Below are positions 22,801 to 35,489 of a stretch of DNA of 64,000 nucleotides, piece by piece. The DNA is from Ramazzottius varieornatus. Taxonomy: Eukaryota; Animalia; Tardigrada. The notes under the pieces are model-generated. The model made no database searches, had not been told where the DNA came from, and saw only the letters and a list, made by a program, of their open reading frames with translations. The stretch covers positions 4,701,624-4,765,623 of the forward strand of contig BDGG01000001.1 of NCBI GenBank assembly GCA_001949185.1. Reading direction: 5' to 3'. Position 1 is the stretch's first letter. Every line of letters begins with the position of its first letter. The position numbers and the translations under genes are program-made.

Positions 22801-23192
22801 AGTTTGACCAGATTTCGAGCTTTCAAAATGGAATGGATTTCGAATTTTCGATGGCCAAATTTCAGTTCTGTTCGAAAGAAGGTCCGATATCTCTTTTTAC
22901 CTCGCAGGAACCGTTGGTGGAAGAATATAGTATCGCCGCGCCGATTTGGAAACTCAGTTCCACCGACTTGTGCGAGCTTGCCAAGAATAGCGTCCTCCAG
23001 AGCGGGTTCTCCCACGAGCTGAAATGTAGCTGGTTAGGGCCGAACTATCTGGAAGAGGGAGTGCCCGGTAATGATATCAGCCGGAACAACGTACCTGACA
23101 TACGCGTGGCGTATCGACACGAGACACTTCTTGACGAACTGACTACGCTCTTAGCTGCTCTTCCGAGTTGGAGGAGAACCAGCGCGAACTAG
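19816..23192 (+). CDS. AMPD: AMP deaminase, multi-exon
   Basis: [101 protein letters not shown]. Confidence 0.96.
21437..21593. mobile_element. 157-bp Tc1/mariner-type MITE inserted in the TA of the GTA splice donor of an AMPD intron
   Basis: TA|CGAAGGAAAAAGGCCGACATTTCCCAGCGCATACAACATTGCTAGCATACGTCA ... TGACGTATACTAGCAAAGTTGTATGTGCTAGCAAAGTTCGGACCTTTTCCTCG|TA: ~55-bp imperfect TIRs with TA duplication. Confidence 0.75.
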
Positions 23193-23533
23193 TCGATACT
23201 TTCCGTCCCAGAAAGAGCTCCTGCAGCTCCTTTGAGTCCAACTTTGCCCTGCTGTGTAGCCGTCCTCGTCATTCCCATCCGTCCATTCAAAGCTTGCCTA
23301 CTGGACAATATCCCAAAATCTTTGTGTTTATGGTTTACATGGCAGATTGAAAAAGCTTTTTCGCAAGTATGATGTTGCAATGGCAGCGAAAACTTCGGAA
23401 AAACTATCTAAATTTGAAGAAGAGAGAAAGCGATGCTGATCATTTACGAACGTTTACGAACATCATTTGCTTGATGCTAGTTTTGAGTGAGCGATTCCGA
23501 AAGAGTAAGCGACGTCTGTCGAACCGCAACAGT

Positions 23534-23906
23534 CTAGTAATATCCATCGACCGGAGGTCTGCTCTCACCCACAGGACTCATTCCGAGCCGCTTCATGTCG
23601 ACCGCTACCTCACACAGATAGTCGAGCGCCTCGCACCTGTCACAACAGCACGAAAGCGGGGAAAGATCACTCTGACAGCCAACACTAAAGTGTCAAGGTG
23701 GCTCGTCAACAACATGTTTGAAAAATAGCGAAACTTTCAGACCACCTGGCTATAGGAAACGCGCACTGTGTAAGTGGTCGGAGCCTAGCCATAAGAAACG
23801 GCGGCGGCTAATCGGCAAACGTGTGCCTCCCGAAAGTTTCGCTATACAGCAGACATCCATGGTATACAGCAAACTTACATCGCTTTGGCATGCTACCATG
23901 TGTCTC
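23534..23906 (-). pseudogene. 3' remnant of the MtnB/APIP gene: intact last exon, last intron and a stop-containing piece of the penultimate exon
   Basis: 23215-23906 is paralogous to 37036-37755; reads DTW*HAKAM|[25 protein letters not shown]; upstream exons are missing. Confidence 0.85.
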
Positions 23907-24378
23907 GGAAGCAATCTTATCGATGGGTCGGTGGATGGCGACAACAGGTCGTCATGCACGCGCCGTCCATGGATGGTTCCCGAGCAACATTAGTCCTCCG
24001 GTGCAACAGATGCATTGCGTTACGGCAAATAATGCTAGTTTAGACTAGTTTGTAATACAGAGTGATCTGTCACGAAATTTCGATTATTTTTTTGTATACG
24101 TTTTATTCAACTACGTCAACCCAACTCTGTACTATATCCACACCTAACTTTCTGTACCTTCGTTCTGGATATCCTCGGAACGTATTCGCAGTCGAGCCTG
24201 AAACACGAGAATTACCTACTTGGTGCGCTTCTTTGGGAGAAGGAATGTGGAGCTGTGGAAGCTAGGTGGACGCTTGATACTTCGCCGGACAGGCTTTTTT
24301 GAGCTGGTTGCAGGTGTTGGTTATCTCATCACTGCTTACGCATTTCTGCGAGCACTACTTAGCACCAACACCGTCACT

Positions 24379-27300
24379 ATGCAAACCATACACAGCCTGC
24401 CCCGCATGAGGCTTTCGAAGACGTGGATGCTCTGGTTCCTATGTGGAATTTTGGGACAGGTACCAGTCGCCCGAAGTTGGCAGTGCAATCTGTGCGATGG
24501 AGCAGCGGATAAATTTGGACCGATCACCGGCGGTGACTGTATTACGGGTGGTGGCTCTCTTGCTCAAGACTTTGAATTAATGAATTGTGAAAGGGTCATG
24601 CGAGAAATACTGCAACGTCCCGAGGCAAGAAATGCCCGTCAAGGCTGCGCTACCACTTGGACCCAAACGACAGATTCACGACGTAAATCATTGCGATACA
24701 TTTTCATGGATTCCCCTTAAAAGTCCACAAGACAGCTCTACAGTTGTAGTTTTGTGTCTAGGAAAGGTGATCCAGTTGCTGACAGAGCGACGCTGCGCTC
24801 TCTTCACCGGCCGGATGCAAGCGGGCTTTCCAGTTCAGGGATGCATAACCCTTCCATCCGATGGCTTCGGAAAGACAAGTGTTCAATGCAGATGTGAGGG
24901 TGATTGGTGTAATTACGGGGACTATACAGAATCTGGCCTATCGTTACCGGAAGTCGTGGGCCCACCGCCGCCACCTAAACCAATAATTTCGTGCTATGGC
25001 TGCGACGGCAACGTGGATAGGAATGGAGTGGCCACGGATTGCTTCTTGGGTAGTAATATGTCTCGCAATGTTCCAGACTGCCGTGAGGTCATGGACCCTG
25101 AATTGCGGTCTGGGACTCACGGCCTAAATCCTGAATTTTTGTGCACTACTTCCTGGTCACAAACGACTGATTCACAAGGTAACGGTGTCGCGAACCGCTT
25201 TCGCAAGAGAAAAAATCCCCCTTATTGGAATGCATAAAATGTAGGTAGAGTGATTCTGGCGGATGTGGGTCGACATTGTCTTATGCATAACACAGTAGAG
25301 GGGCAACTGGGGTGTAAAGTCCTTCCAGATAAGAGCGGCGGAAAGACCCGTGTCCGATGCTCGTGTAAGACAGATTTTTGTAACGGAGCGGACTTCAGGT
25401 CTTCGGGCATATCGACACCACCACCTGTGAGACCAACGCCGCCGCCACCAAAGGCAAGCATTTCATGTTATCGCTGCAACGGAACAGTGGACAGTAACGG
25501 AGTAGCTACCGACTGCTTTTTGGGCGGAAGTCTGCTTCCTAAAGACCCTCAAAGCACAAATTGTCGTGCAGTGCTGGCAGAGGAAGCGCGAACTGGGAAG
25601 TACGGCAACAACCCCGATTTCCTGTGCGCCTCTGCTTGGTCGCAGACAAAAGATTTACAAGGTACTCGCACATACTGGTATCAGCGGTATCACGAAAGTG
25701 GTTACGGAAGACGAACGAAAATAATCTGATGGTGTACACCTACTTTTCCTAGTTTTGGGCATGGACAAAATTCTAGCCATCGGCCGAGAGCGGCAGGACT
25801 TCGGTTGATCGGTCGGTCTTACACTAATAATTCTCACTTCTTGAATGGGTCACACGAGCGATTTTTACATGGCTGAGCGAGATGGTTGGTGCAGCAGACC
25901 TGCGGAGCTATTGATATTGGCCCTAAAGCTGAGCTATTTTCTAACGAGCTGAGATAGAAGCTGAGCTATTTTTCCGGAAGAGTTTTCGAGCAAAGCTGAG
26001 CCGAGCTAAACGCGTTTTTCATGTCACGAGAAAACTGAAATTCTGCAGGTTCGAAAGAATGTTAAAAAATTTGGAACGATATTAGAACCAACCAACTTTT
26101 GGCACACCAAGCAGGCAAAACTGAAAAGGCTAAGTCAGCGTGTTCGTACGACTTAAACGACCACAAAGAAGTGCAGCAGCTGCAAGTTCACGGTTCGAGT
26201 GTGTAATTTACTACTTTTTACGACTAACACAGCTCTCGAAACGCTAAGCTAAATGAACTTTGGGGCTGAGCTGTGCTTGGCCAGGCTGGAGCTAGACTAC
26301 AGCTGAGCTGAAGATCTTTGAGCTAGAGCTAAGTTGAGCTATCTAGCTTAGCTCAACTCCGTAGCTCAGCTCTTTCTGGGCTAGCCGAAAACATCTCCGC
26401 AGGACTGGTTGGTGCCTGGTGGTTTGCATATGATGAACACAAACGTCAACTAACGTCACGTGACAGCTTGCCATGCTGTCGACCGGTGTCTTTGGCTCTT
26501 CACTACGTTTGCATCTCACTGGAAGTAAACTCTAACGTTTACCGCACACTCTCTGTTAAATATCAGTTAATCATCCTGCAGAGTATAAATGATTCATTTT
26601 GGTTAATGAGAAGCGAGCCAAAAAGACGAAGATTGGTCAAGCGAGCGTCGACTGTCCTGATTATTTGTTCCCATATATGCGCATTGCCCAGTCGACGGCT
26701 CGCTTCTTAACCTTTTCCTCAAGTTACAGTAGTTTACGTTCGAGTAACGTTCCAACTAAGCTTTTCTGGGTTTTTCTTCCCAAAAGTTTTTCAAAACCTC
26801 AGATTTGCTTTCAAGACGTCCCATCGAGGTGCCGACTGCCCCTCTAACTGCATCTTTCAGGGTTTAACGTCGGTTATTAATTATTCGTCAAACTGTAGCA
26901 ACGACTGCACGCTTGACTGTGACTTTGTCAACCTAGAAAACAACGAAAATCTCGGTTTGACTGTGGGTGTAACTGTGGCTGTCGAAAATTCGATGAGACT
27001 GCAAATTCAACTGTGACTTTTGCCACAATAAGAACTGTGCGTTTAACTGTGGTTTTTGCCACTTTCTGGATTTTACTTTGCCTTTAACTGCTGCTTTTCG
27101 TATCAAGATTCACTTGAACTTTAAGCAGTCGGAACTGGACATCAATTTTCCCGTTGCTGTATCAGAACTGGAAACTTCGTGTGATTTGACATCGTATCTT
27201 ACCAAAAAATCATTAATTACGAAAATTGATGGGGGTTTTGCAAAACCTTCCGGAAAAGTTACGCTAATCGGCTGGATCGCGTAGCGGGTCTTAACCTCAG

Positions 27301-30300
27301 CCGATTAGAGTAAGGAATGGGAGGGGCCAAAGGCTTACGCTACTCGGATTTCTTGCACTGCTTGAGTTCCGTACCAACCTCTCTGTTAGAGACCGGGATC
27401 TGGCCGCGTACGCTGCACTGCGCAGCAGCTGAGCTGCGCAGCAGTGCAGTTGCAGCGTTCACTTTGGCGTTTGTGTGCAGCGCAGCGCAGTATACAGCGT
27501 GTGGCAAGCTAACGCAGCGCAGCTGCAAACGGTCCAAAAAGACGGTTTTCGGTTTTCGAACTGAGAATCTCCCGGTTGGTGGCCGTTATCAAACCCTTGC
27601 TTACTAGGTGTTTTCTGCTTGCTGATAAAACACGGAGTGGTCGCGCAAGCTCGCCCCGAAATAGCGTTTTGCCCAGCCGTAAAGCGCCTGGTAGTTAATG
27701 TGTCAGTGGAACCGGAAGTCTCGGAGTTCGATAAAGTTACTTCTGTAGAAAGTTTCAGCGGACTTTGTTGTGGACTGCCTTTTGTTAGCCTTGATTAGAG
27801 CTCTGATGGAGGATCACCTGTTGTCCGACGATTCTCTGGAGGAAAGCGGAGATGAAAGAGTTGCCGAAAATGCCGTCCAGAAGCGGAGAAAGTTCAGCGG
27901 GAAGATGCCCGTCAAAAGGAGATCTGTTCTGCCTTCTGAGATTCAGCTTAAAGCTAGGTACATTTACCAAACTGTGTACCTGTGATTAGAGCTCTAATTA
28001 ATCAGCGCCGATATTTACTGTACGATTTGGTTACAGAGGTATGCCGGTTGAAGAAGTGGCGAATATGGTTAAGAACGACACATTCGTCTTACGAGCAGAA
28101 AGTTTTGGTAGCCGAAAGGGAGCTCCGTTCTGGGACACAATGAGACGCGTTGTGGATAAAGAGTCCGAAGATAGGCTCGACATTGTATGCTGTAGTAGAT
28201 GTAAGCAAGTGTGGAAGCATGACAGAACTGTGAATACTGATGCTCTTCATCGGCATGTCTCGAAATGTGGCGTCAAGGCGAACCAGCCCAAGATTACTGG
28301 CTACCTTAAGTCACACAAGCTGCCCCTGGCCGCAAAGCAAGAAATGTCCCGAGTATGTGCTCGATACTGCGCAGTGGATGGAAGGAGCTTCGAAGAAGTG
28401 GCTGGAACCGGATTTAGAGCTCTAATAGATACCGTAATCGATGTTACGATGAAATATAGCCACGCTGGAAAGCCCACTGCTCGCGACATGCTGCCCGACC
28501 CAACTACAGTGAGCCAGTACGTCGGAAAAGAAGCCAAAGCCATCAGGGAATCTCTCCTTGAGGAAGTCAAACCCATCCTACGACTTCGCGGTGAAGGCAT
28601 AACGCTTGACTTTTGGGAAGAAGAGTACACTAAAGTGTCGTACTTAGGTAAGAGGAACTGTTCATTGTTTTTGGGCAGCAGGATTACACCATTTGCAGTC
28701 TGTATGAGTGGCATAGGGCTTTCGTTTTTGCAGGCTGTACTGTGCACTATATGTTCGGCGGATCGGAGCTCCGGGAAAGACTAGTTTTGTGTAGCGAATG
28801 GGACACCGTGGACAGAAAGACGGGCGCGGCTGTACAAAAGTTCATTTTTAGCAAACTTCGAGAAATCGGCTTTTGTGAGGAAGATCTGAAGCTGTGCACC
28901 TTTGTTACGGATCAAGGCGGAAACATGAAAGTAGCTTTTCGTAACTCGGGCTTCGAGCGCATCAACTGCGCCGGACATCTTCCTAACACCTGTTCGCAAA
29001 ACTGCCTCAAATCCAACCCGGAAAGTCAGCATCCCATGCCTGCAAAAGCCTTACCAGTTCTTGCTTTAGTTAACCAGGTCAAGTCCCTCGTTACACACTG
29101 TAAGCAAGGTGGTATCAGTCGGCAGCTTAAAACAACGTTGAAGCAACACTGCGAAACCCGGTAAGGCCGAACCAAGGCCTTGATATTAGAGCTCCAATCC
29201 ATGTTTCCAACACCTAGTATGAACTGGAATTTATTTTTAGGTGGAACACCCACGTCGAAATGTTTGCTTCAGTTCTGGCTGTCTACGAGCAGCTTGAAGA
29301 CATCCTTGCTGAGCGAAAGGAGTCTCATCTTTTGCCGAGTAAGCAGAAAATGCAAGAGTTTCACGACCTGTTTGAGCCTGTACGGGATGCTACATTCCTT
29401 CTTTCGGCTTCGAAACGTCCAACAATTCATCTCGTGGTTCCAGCGTATCTCGAACTGAAGCGCCACTTCAAGGATCAGGTGCCGTCTGACTTTCCGGAAA
29501 TTAGAGCCTTCCAGAAACATGTCGAAAACGTTTTCAACAAGAAGCTCGAGATTGATGAGCTTCATAGAGTGGCCGTCTTTCTGGATCCCTCCATGAAGCA
29601 CCTTCAGTTCCTAACTGCGACTGAACGAGTAGCTGTTCTCAAGCGAGCGATGGAAGAAGTGCAGAAAATTCCACAGCCAGAAAAGACAGGAGCTCCGATG
29701 GTAGAAGGTAAAAGCCATTATGCCGCGCACTGAGTCACGCATTTCGTTGAAAACTACATAGCGAAAAAAGAAGAGCTCTAATTTGTCAATACTTCTCACT
29801 GTAACATTTGGACATCAAATCTAACCTGAACAGTGATCAGTGCAGGAGAATGGCTTTTACTATTCGACTGTCGCAGTAGCTTCAAGAGGCAATACCAAGT
29901 TCAACGTGAAAGCCTTGGCCAAGTATTCTGCCGACAATCCCATCGGAAACGAAGTCGAGCGCTATGCGAGTTTGCCCAGTCCTCCCGAAGACCAAGATGT
30001 CCTTAGCTTTTGGACAGAGAAAGAGAATGACTTTCCTCGTTTGAAGTGCTATGCGCTGCGAATCCTTTCTGTATCTGCCACTAGCACACCTTCCGAACGT
30101 TTGTTTAGCAGATCTGGAACTGCTGTATCGGAGAAGCGTACAAATTTAGCTCCTCAAACTTTAAACGATCTCATGGTTGTCCAGTCTAATTTTGAATTTG
30201 AGAATGTCTAATTTTGTATTTGGGAATTTTAAGTTCGAAATTGAACCGCAGCGCAGTTGCCTCGCACGTACAGTAAGGTGCAGCGCAGCTGCACCGTCGG

Positions 30301-33300
30301 TCCAGTCCAGATTCACGCAGCGCAGCGCAGTTGCCGAGTACCAGAAAAGGGCGCAGCGCAGATGCAGCGTACTTTTTGACCTGCGGCCCAAGTCTCTACT
30401 CTCTGTTAACTTAACTTGGCTTGGCTATTACGTATTCAAGAGGTAAGAATTATCACTGTAGCTGGCCCCTGCCGCTTCCCTCGGTGTCCAAAACTTTGTC
30501 CATGCCCATGATTAGGGAAAGTATGTGTACAGAAACTCAGTAACAGTTTATGCGGTTCACTCACCGCATCTTCTGCCTCGTAGGCAAGGTGATCCGGGCG
30601 GATGTGAAGCGATTCTGCGTCATCTCATCGGCGCGTCCAACTCAGCAAGCTCTGGGATGTCACGTTGTTCATTCCAACGTCGCCGGAAAGACTACTGTTC
30701 AATGTGGCTGTACCACAAACTGGTGCAATGGAGGAGACTACATACCGTCTGGTATAGGAATACCGGAGAAAGTGCCGGCTCTTCCACCAGTGAGCTGCCA
30801 AGTGTGCACGGGCTCCTACACACCGACAACGGGAGCCTCTGGCTGTTTCGAACCGCGCTTCATGGGCACGCAGTTTTATGAAAGTTGTCAAAATGTGCCA
30901 ATAATTCAGTCATCGTGGAGGCAACTTCACAAGTCACATCGGCTGATGTGCTCAACAGAATTTTTTCTAAAACGGGCAAGCGGTAAAGCTTCAGCCGCCG
31001 AAGTTAAAAGAAGCTGCGCATTAGCTCCCAAGATTGACCAAAATTCAACCTTGGGTTGTACGGTTGTGAAACTGGGAGAATATTCTCGGTGCTTGTGCAA
31101 AGACAAAGAATACTGCAACACGGAAGGATGGGACTACAGTCTGGGCCCGTTGCCGGATTCTCCGTCCACTGTACCCCGATCAACGAAAATCCCACCGGAG
31201 CGGTCAACACCCAAGCCAAGCTTTTCGTGCTATTACTGCAAGGGTGCAAGTGGGGATCATGACACAAAGGACGGAAAGTGCTTCGCTCCGCAAACCTTGG
31301 TAGCCTATCCGGTGGACTGCTACGGCTTGCCGGAATTTGTCAGCAAGCTGGCTTCCTATGGCGGCGCTGCCGGTTATGGCGCTATGTGCGGAACACAGTG
31401 GCTGGCTGAGAATGGTAAGTACATAGGGGGTCAATAAGTTTTGAAGCTGCGTTCACGAGGGATCCTGTGGCCGTTCGATCTGTACAGTTTTCCTGCTCGA
31501 GTGTAGAGTAGCTTATGGGCAATACGACACAAGTAGAGCCTAATGCCGGGAAGTCATGCTATGAAATAATTTTCTAAAGTACGAGGTAGCCGGCATGGAG
31601 ATTCCAAGTCGGAAATTTCGGCGTGGACATTACAGTCCAACATTGTTTTCTATGCTTGATTGTCTGATCTTAATGCATCTCATCTGCTTTCTAACATTGC
31701 GTGGCACCCCTCTCCTTACAAGGCGCACATCTCACCAGTTTGACTCCTGTTTTGCCTTCTAAAGGTTTGCAAAGAATGGGAACAAGTTGTTCTTAATTTA
31801 GACACTAAGAAAGACGAGTTTGAAACGGAGAAAACCACGCCGGAATTTTCGACTTGTAGTCTCCATGCCGGTTACCTCGTATACGAAGGGAGGTTGTTTA
31901 CGGGTCCCGTTCTTGAAGAATTCTGCACGTTCTTCCTCACTGTACGTTTGAGTTTGGTTCCAGCACTGGATGAAAGAGGCATGTCCGGTGGCTACTTTGA
32001 GTAGAAGGAAGTCAAGCCGAACTGCAGTCAAGACTCGAGAAAAAAAGTTATACTACAAAGCAAAAGTGCGCAAGTGAAACGGGACAGTCCACGTGGTGCG
32101 CCACCAGATCACCACCTGGATTTTGAAAACATTTGTTTTCTCCACCAGGTGTCTGTTTCTGACAAATTGTCGCTTTCACTCTATATTCGAAAAACTGCAT
32201 CTTCACCATCGGTGCGGATAACGGGAAAATAACCTTGCAAAATGCGGGAGTTTACGAGGAAAATCGGAAAACAAGTATTTTTGCATCTTTTCGAAGAATT
32301 ATTTCTCCTTCTGTGTTAGTACCAGCTACCGTTTCTTCTGAACATAGTGATTGCAGTAGATGAGATAGTCTATCTCTTGAAAGCACACTCTGGAAAATAG
32401 CACTTTTAGGTGGTCCGTGCCTTAAAACTTAGTGAACCACCTATGTATTAGGTGCGGAAGCATGAATTGTCCCCTATTTTCAGGCACCAAATTCAAAAAC
32501 TGTTTTCTCCCGTTTGAGCGAAGTGTTTCATCCCAAACTTTTTGCGATATAATCCAACATCCTTCGGCTTTGGATTTTGCTAATGGATGTTCAATTCATC
32601 GGTGTTTGTCGCGCTGCAAATTCAGTTTAGTGAAAGTGGCTGTTTCGTGAAAACCCGTCACTTTCGGGAAAAAAAATTTTTCGAGCTCCCCATTCCCTTC
32701 GAAAACCTGATAATGTCCGGTAAACGTTCTCCCGAAAGCTCTATCGGGTTCTTTTTTTAAACCATCGGATGCCAAATTCATCCGAGTGAAAACTTGGGCA
32801 TGAGTCCAGTGCCTTACGAGGGCTCTGATAGTTTGATCGCTAATCAACTTTGGCCAGAAATAGAGCCTGGTGCAACTGCTGAATATCCCATCGAAGGTGT
32901 TCAGGGATTCCGTGAGACGGAATAATTTAGCTCTGACTACCTCACTAAAGTGGCGCAAAGCTGGTTTTGCGCCCGGAACAGCGGAATGAAGTCACGAAAT
33001 GAATGTTACGAATGATGATGCCAGCTAATGTTGTTGTTTTGTTTTTCAACTTCCACAAACTACAATGAGAAAACTTCCCACGGCCATAATAAAGACATAG
33101 ATTCGGTCTACAGCACGACAAGATCAGTTCGAAGTTGATGAGGTCAGTGCCGGTAGGCTAGCCTCGACCCGACCGAGTCGAGTAACCCGGGGTGGAATGT
33201 TCGTCGACCCCATCGACCCTTTGGACCCCAGGGTCGACAGCAATCGTTCAGTCAATCGAAAGCGACAACGGCGGGTCGATCGGGTCGGGATCGAATGGAT

Positions 33301-34831
33301 CGACGAACACTCGACCTCGGGTTGTTCGACCCGGTCGGGTCGAGGCCAGCCTAAGTGCCGGGAGAGAAAAACTGAGAAGAACTTCCCCCTCTGAATTGAA
33401 ACCCAGCTCCCTCCGCTGACAACGCACAGTCATAGTTCTTGCTGCCGTGAAGAGAAGAGTGTTAACAGAAAACCTATTACATGAAGGAGAAGAGCGAAGA
33501 CCAGAAACACACTAACGAAAAATTTTGATTCTGTTGCCTCGGAAAGGGACAAGTAATACTTCCGCACATAATACTTGGCAGAAATGTCCAGAACATTTTC
33601 ATGTGTTTCGGTTGGATAAAATGTGGATGTCCTAGGTAAACCCAAGGTGTACCGCGGCTGCAAGATTCGCACACCCCAGACGGAAGTCGGCTGTGGACGC
33701 GAAACCACCAATGAAGACGGAACTGTAGAGAAGACATGCCTGTGCATCGACAAGGAAAATTGTAACACTGAAAACTGGCAATCGGCGGGTCTTGAACATC
33801 TGTTACCGGTATCCACAGTACCGCCGCCACCAGCGTCCACTCCGAAACCGAGCTGGTCTTGCATTCTTTGTGCCTCTGATGACGGGAACTACGATACCAA
33901 GAACGGAGAATGCTTTGCTTCCAGTTCCAGCGTGGTCAACTGCTACGATCATCCTGACTTTATCACGCAGTTGAATGCTGGCCATACACCCATCTGTGCG
34001 ACGAAATTCTCCGTTGCAGCTAATGGTACGAGCGACAACATTTCTCAGCTTGCAAACCTTTCTCAAGAGTAAACTCTTCATTGAAATTTGATCTCCGTAG
34101 GTAAGCCAAAAGTTCAGCGGGGCTGCAAGGTTAGGAAGCCTGGTAGCTACTTGGGTTGCGCCGCGGAAGTCACGCTGAGCGACGGAAGTGTGGAAAAGCT
34201 GTGTACCTGCAGTTACATGCAAAACTGCAACAGCGAAAGCTGGGCCTCCGGCGGTCTCGACCACAAGCTTAGCAACATAGCGCCGTCGCCACGCCCCACG
34301 TTACCGCCCGTCGACTTCAAGTGCCACAGCTGCGACGGTGTCTCTTCGGACACCACATCCGCCTCGTGTTTTGATCCATCCAAACTCACAACCAGCGAGC
34401 AAACCAAGTGTCCGCCGCTGCCCCACAACGCTGTCCTTGGGAAAGCTCAGTACTGTGTAACTCGTCTGACACCGAGGTACAAAGACAAACTACCCATTAT
34501 CCGCCGGTACTGTGGTACCGAGAAAGGTGAAGGACAAGTCAAGCTGGGCTGCTCTCGTGCCGATGATGGACGTTCCACGGACTGTGTCTGCGTGCGGGAA
34601 AACTGCAACAAGCAAGGCTGGGATAAGATCATCAATGGCGACGGCCCTGATCCTGGCCCTGGTCCTGGTCCCGGCCCTGGTCCTGGCCCGAATCCTGACC
34701 CTCGTCCCAGCCCCACTCCTGGTCCTGGTCCCGGTCCCGACGAAACTGGGCCGGATCGTAGCACGAAACCTACGAAGAAACCACACGATAAAAATACCAA
34801 ACCCAGCATTCAGCCACCTCCAATAGAATAA
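24379..34831 (+). CDS. Secretory-pathway protein with seven tandem Ly6/uPAR (three-finger, quiver/sleepless-like) domains and Pro-rich linkers, ~1029 aa; exons 24379-24682, 24762-25178, 25245-25661, 30584-31414, 33636-34025, 34101-34831
   Basis: Signal-like N-terminus (WMLWFLCGILGQVPVARS); seven 10-Cys units starting CxxC (WQCNLC, ISCYGC, ISCYRC, VSCQVC, FSCYYC, WSCILC, FKCHSC) and ending CxC-x4/5-CN; all introns phase 1; total 3090 nt in frame. Confidence 0.85.
25895..26407. mobile_element. ~510-bp hAT-like non-autonomous element with GCTGAGCT subterminal repeats
   Basis: TIR CAGACCTGCGGAG ... CTCCGCAGGACTG; flanking direct repeat GTTGGTGC (left copy offset by 2 nt); AGCT-rich ends. Confidence 0.7.
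27387..30398 (+). mobile_element. Full-length hAT (hobo/Hermes-like) DNA transposon, 3012 bp
   Basis: Perfect 8-bp TSD CTCTCTGT (27379-86 and 30399-406); TIR TAGAGACCGGG ... CCCAAGTCTCTA; GCAGCGCAG subterminal arrays at both ends; internal transposase gene. Confidence 0.93.
27806..30211 (+). CDS. hAT transposase, 5 exons (27806-27957, 28038-28647, 28734-29160, 29241-29707, 29877-30211)
   Basis: BED-like finger CSRC..LHRHVSKC; DGRSFEEVAGTGF; catalytic TLDFW, FVTDQGGNM and SATSTPSERLFS; CxxH (CAGH); TRWN; the four splices keep frame with no stop seen. Confidence 0.9.
33154..33353. mobile_element. 200-bp near-palindromic hAT-type MITE in Ly6-gene intron
   Basis: TSD AGTGCCGG on both sides (33146-53, 33354-61); TAGGCTAGCCTCGACCCGACCG ... 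CGGTCGGGTCGAGGCCAGCCTA; internal TCGACCC repeats. Confidence 0.9.
34642..34740 (+). repeat. Coding (GP)n / Pro-Gly repeat stalk in the last exon of the multi-Ly6 gene
   Basis: CCTGGY hexamer repeats encoding GPDPGPGPGPGPGPGPNPDPRPSPTPGPGPGPD. Confidence 0.9.
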
Positions 34832-35489
34832 GTGACATGTAATAGACCAATAGTGGTTAGAAAGAGTAGATTACACCAACTGTAATATGATGAATTGCTG
34901 TCAGGATGTCAATGCGTTATTCAAAGATGAGATCTCTTGTATCGAGGGCCGGATGTGGGACCAGACAGGTCCGTATCGCGCAAGTGATTTTGTCAAGGAG
35001 GAACTTGAACGCTTGATTGATCATATGGGAGCACAAGCCGCTAAGGTCAGCAGTTAGTTCTACTCACGCGACGCTATTCAACACTGTCTTCAAAACATGC
35101 GTACCATATGACTTGTCGATTATTGTAAATCTGGTGTCGTAGTGTCAGGGACTAGACTTTCCTTTGACTTCATCAGAAATGTTCCTCAACACTCCACAAA
35201 GAATTTACGTCCTGAAGTTTCCTCGGATCTACAAGTAATGAGTCGACCGCGAAAACGACAACTTCCTCGGTCGAGTTGTCCAGCCTGACACTGTAACTGT
35301 ATTGCAGCATGAAAGGAGCCATCCTGGGCTTCATCCGTTGTGGATGGCGGACAATGGGCATCGTCGATCATGAAGGCTTTCTTCGCAAACTCGACATGCT
35401 TGTACTGTATGACGTTTACGTTGCCCAGAAGTTCCGGCGACTGGGACACGGACGGAAGCTCCTTGATTTTGTTTCACGGTTAAACTTAA

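Larger units (their letters stand above)
25737..30527. mobile_element. Outer non-autonomous TIR element with TA TSD (Tc1/mariner/pogo-like), hosting nested insertions
   Basis: Left TA|CACCTACTTTTCCTAGTTTTGGGCATGGACAAAAT; right ACTTTGTCCATGCCCATGATTAGGGAAAGTATGTG|TA (~35-bp imperfect TIR). Confidence 0.75.

Noticed and set aside
23369-23728. Identical 119-aa plus-strand ORFs at 23369-23728 and 37190-37549
   Set aside because: They are antisense to the APIP last exon and 3'UTR; the identity reflects the duplication, not coding constraint.
31780-32990. TE-like or coding-like stretch in Ly6 intron 4, including ORFs 31798-32031 and 32596-32958
   Set aside because: No convincing TIR, TSD or protein motif found by eye; probably a transposon relic, but not supportable.
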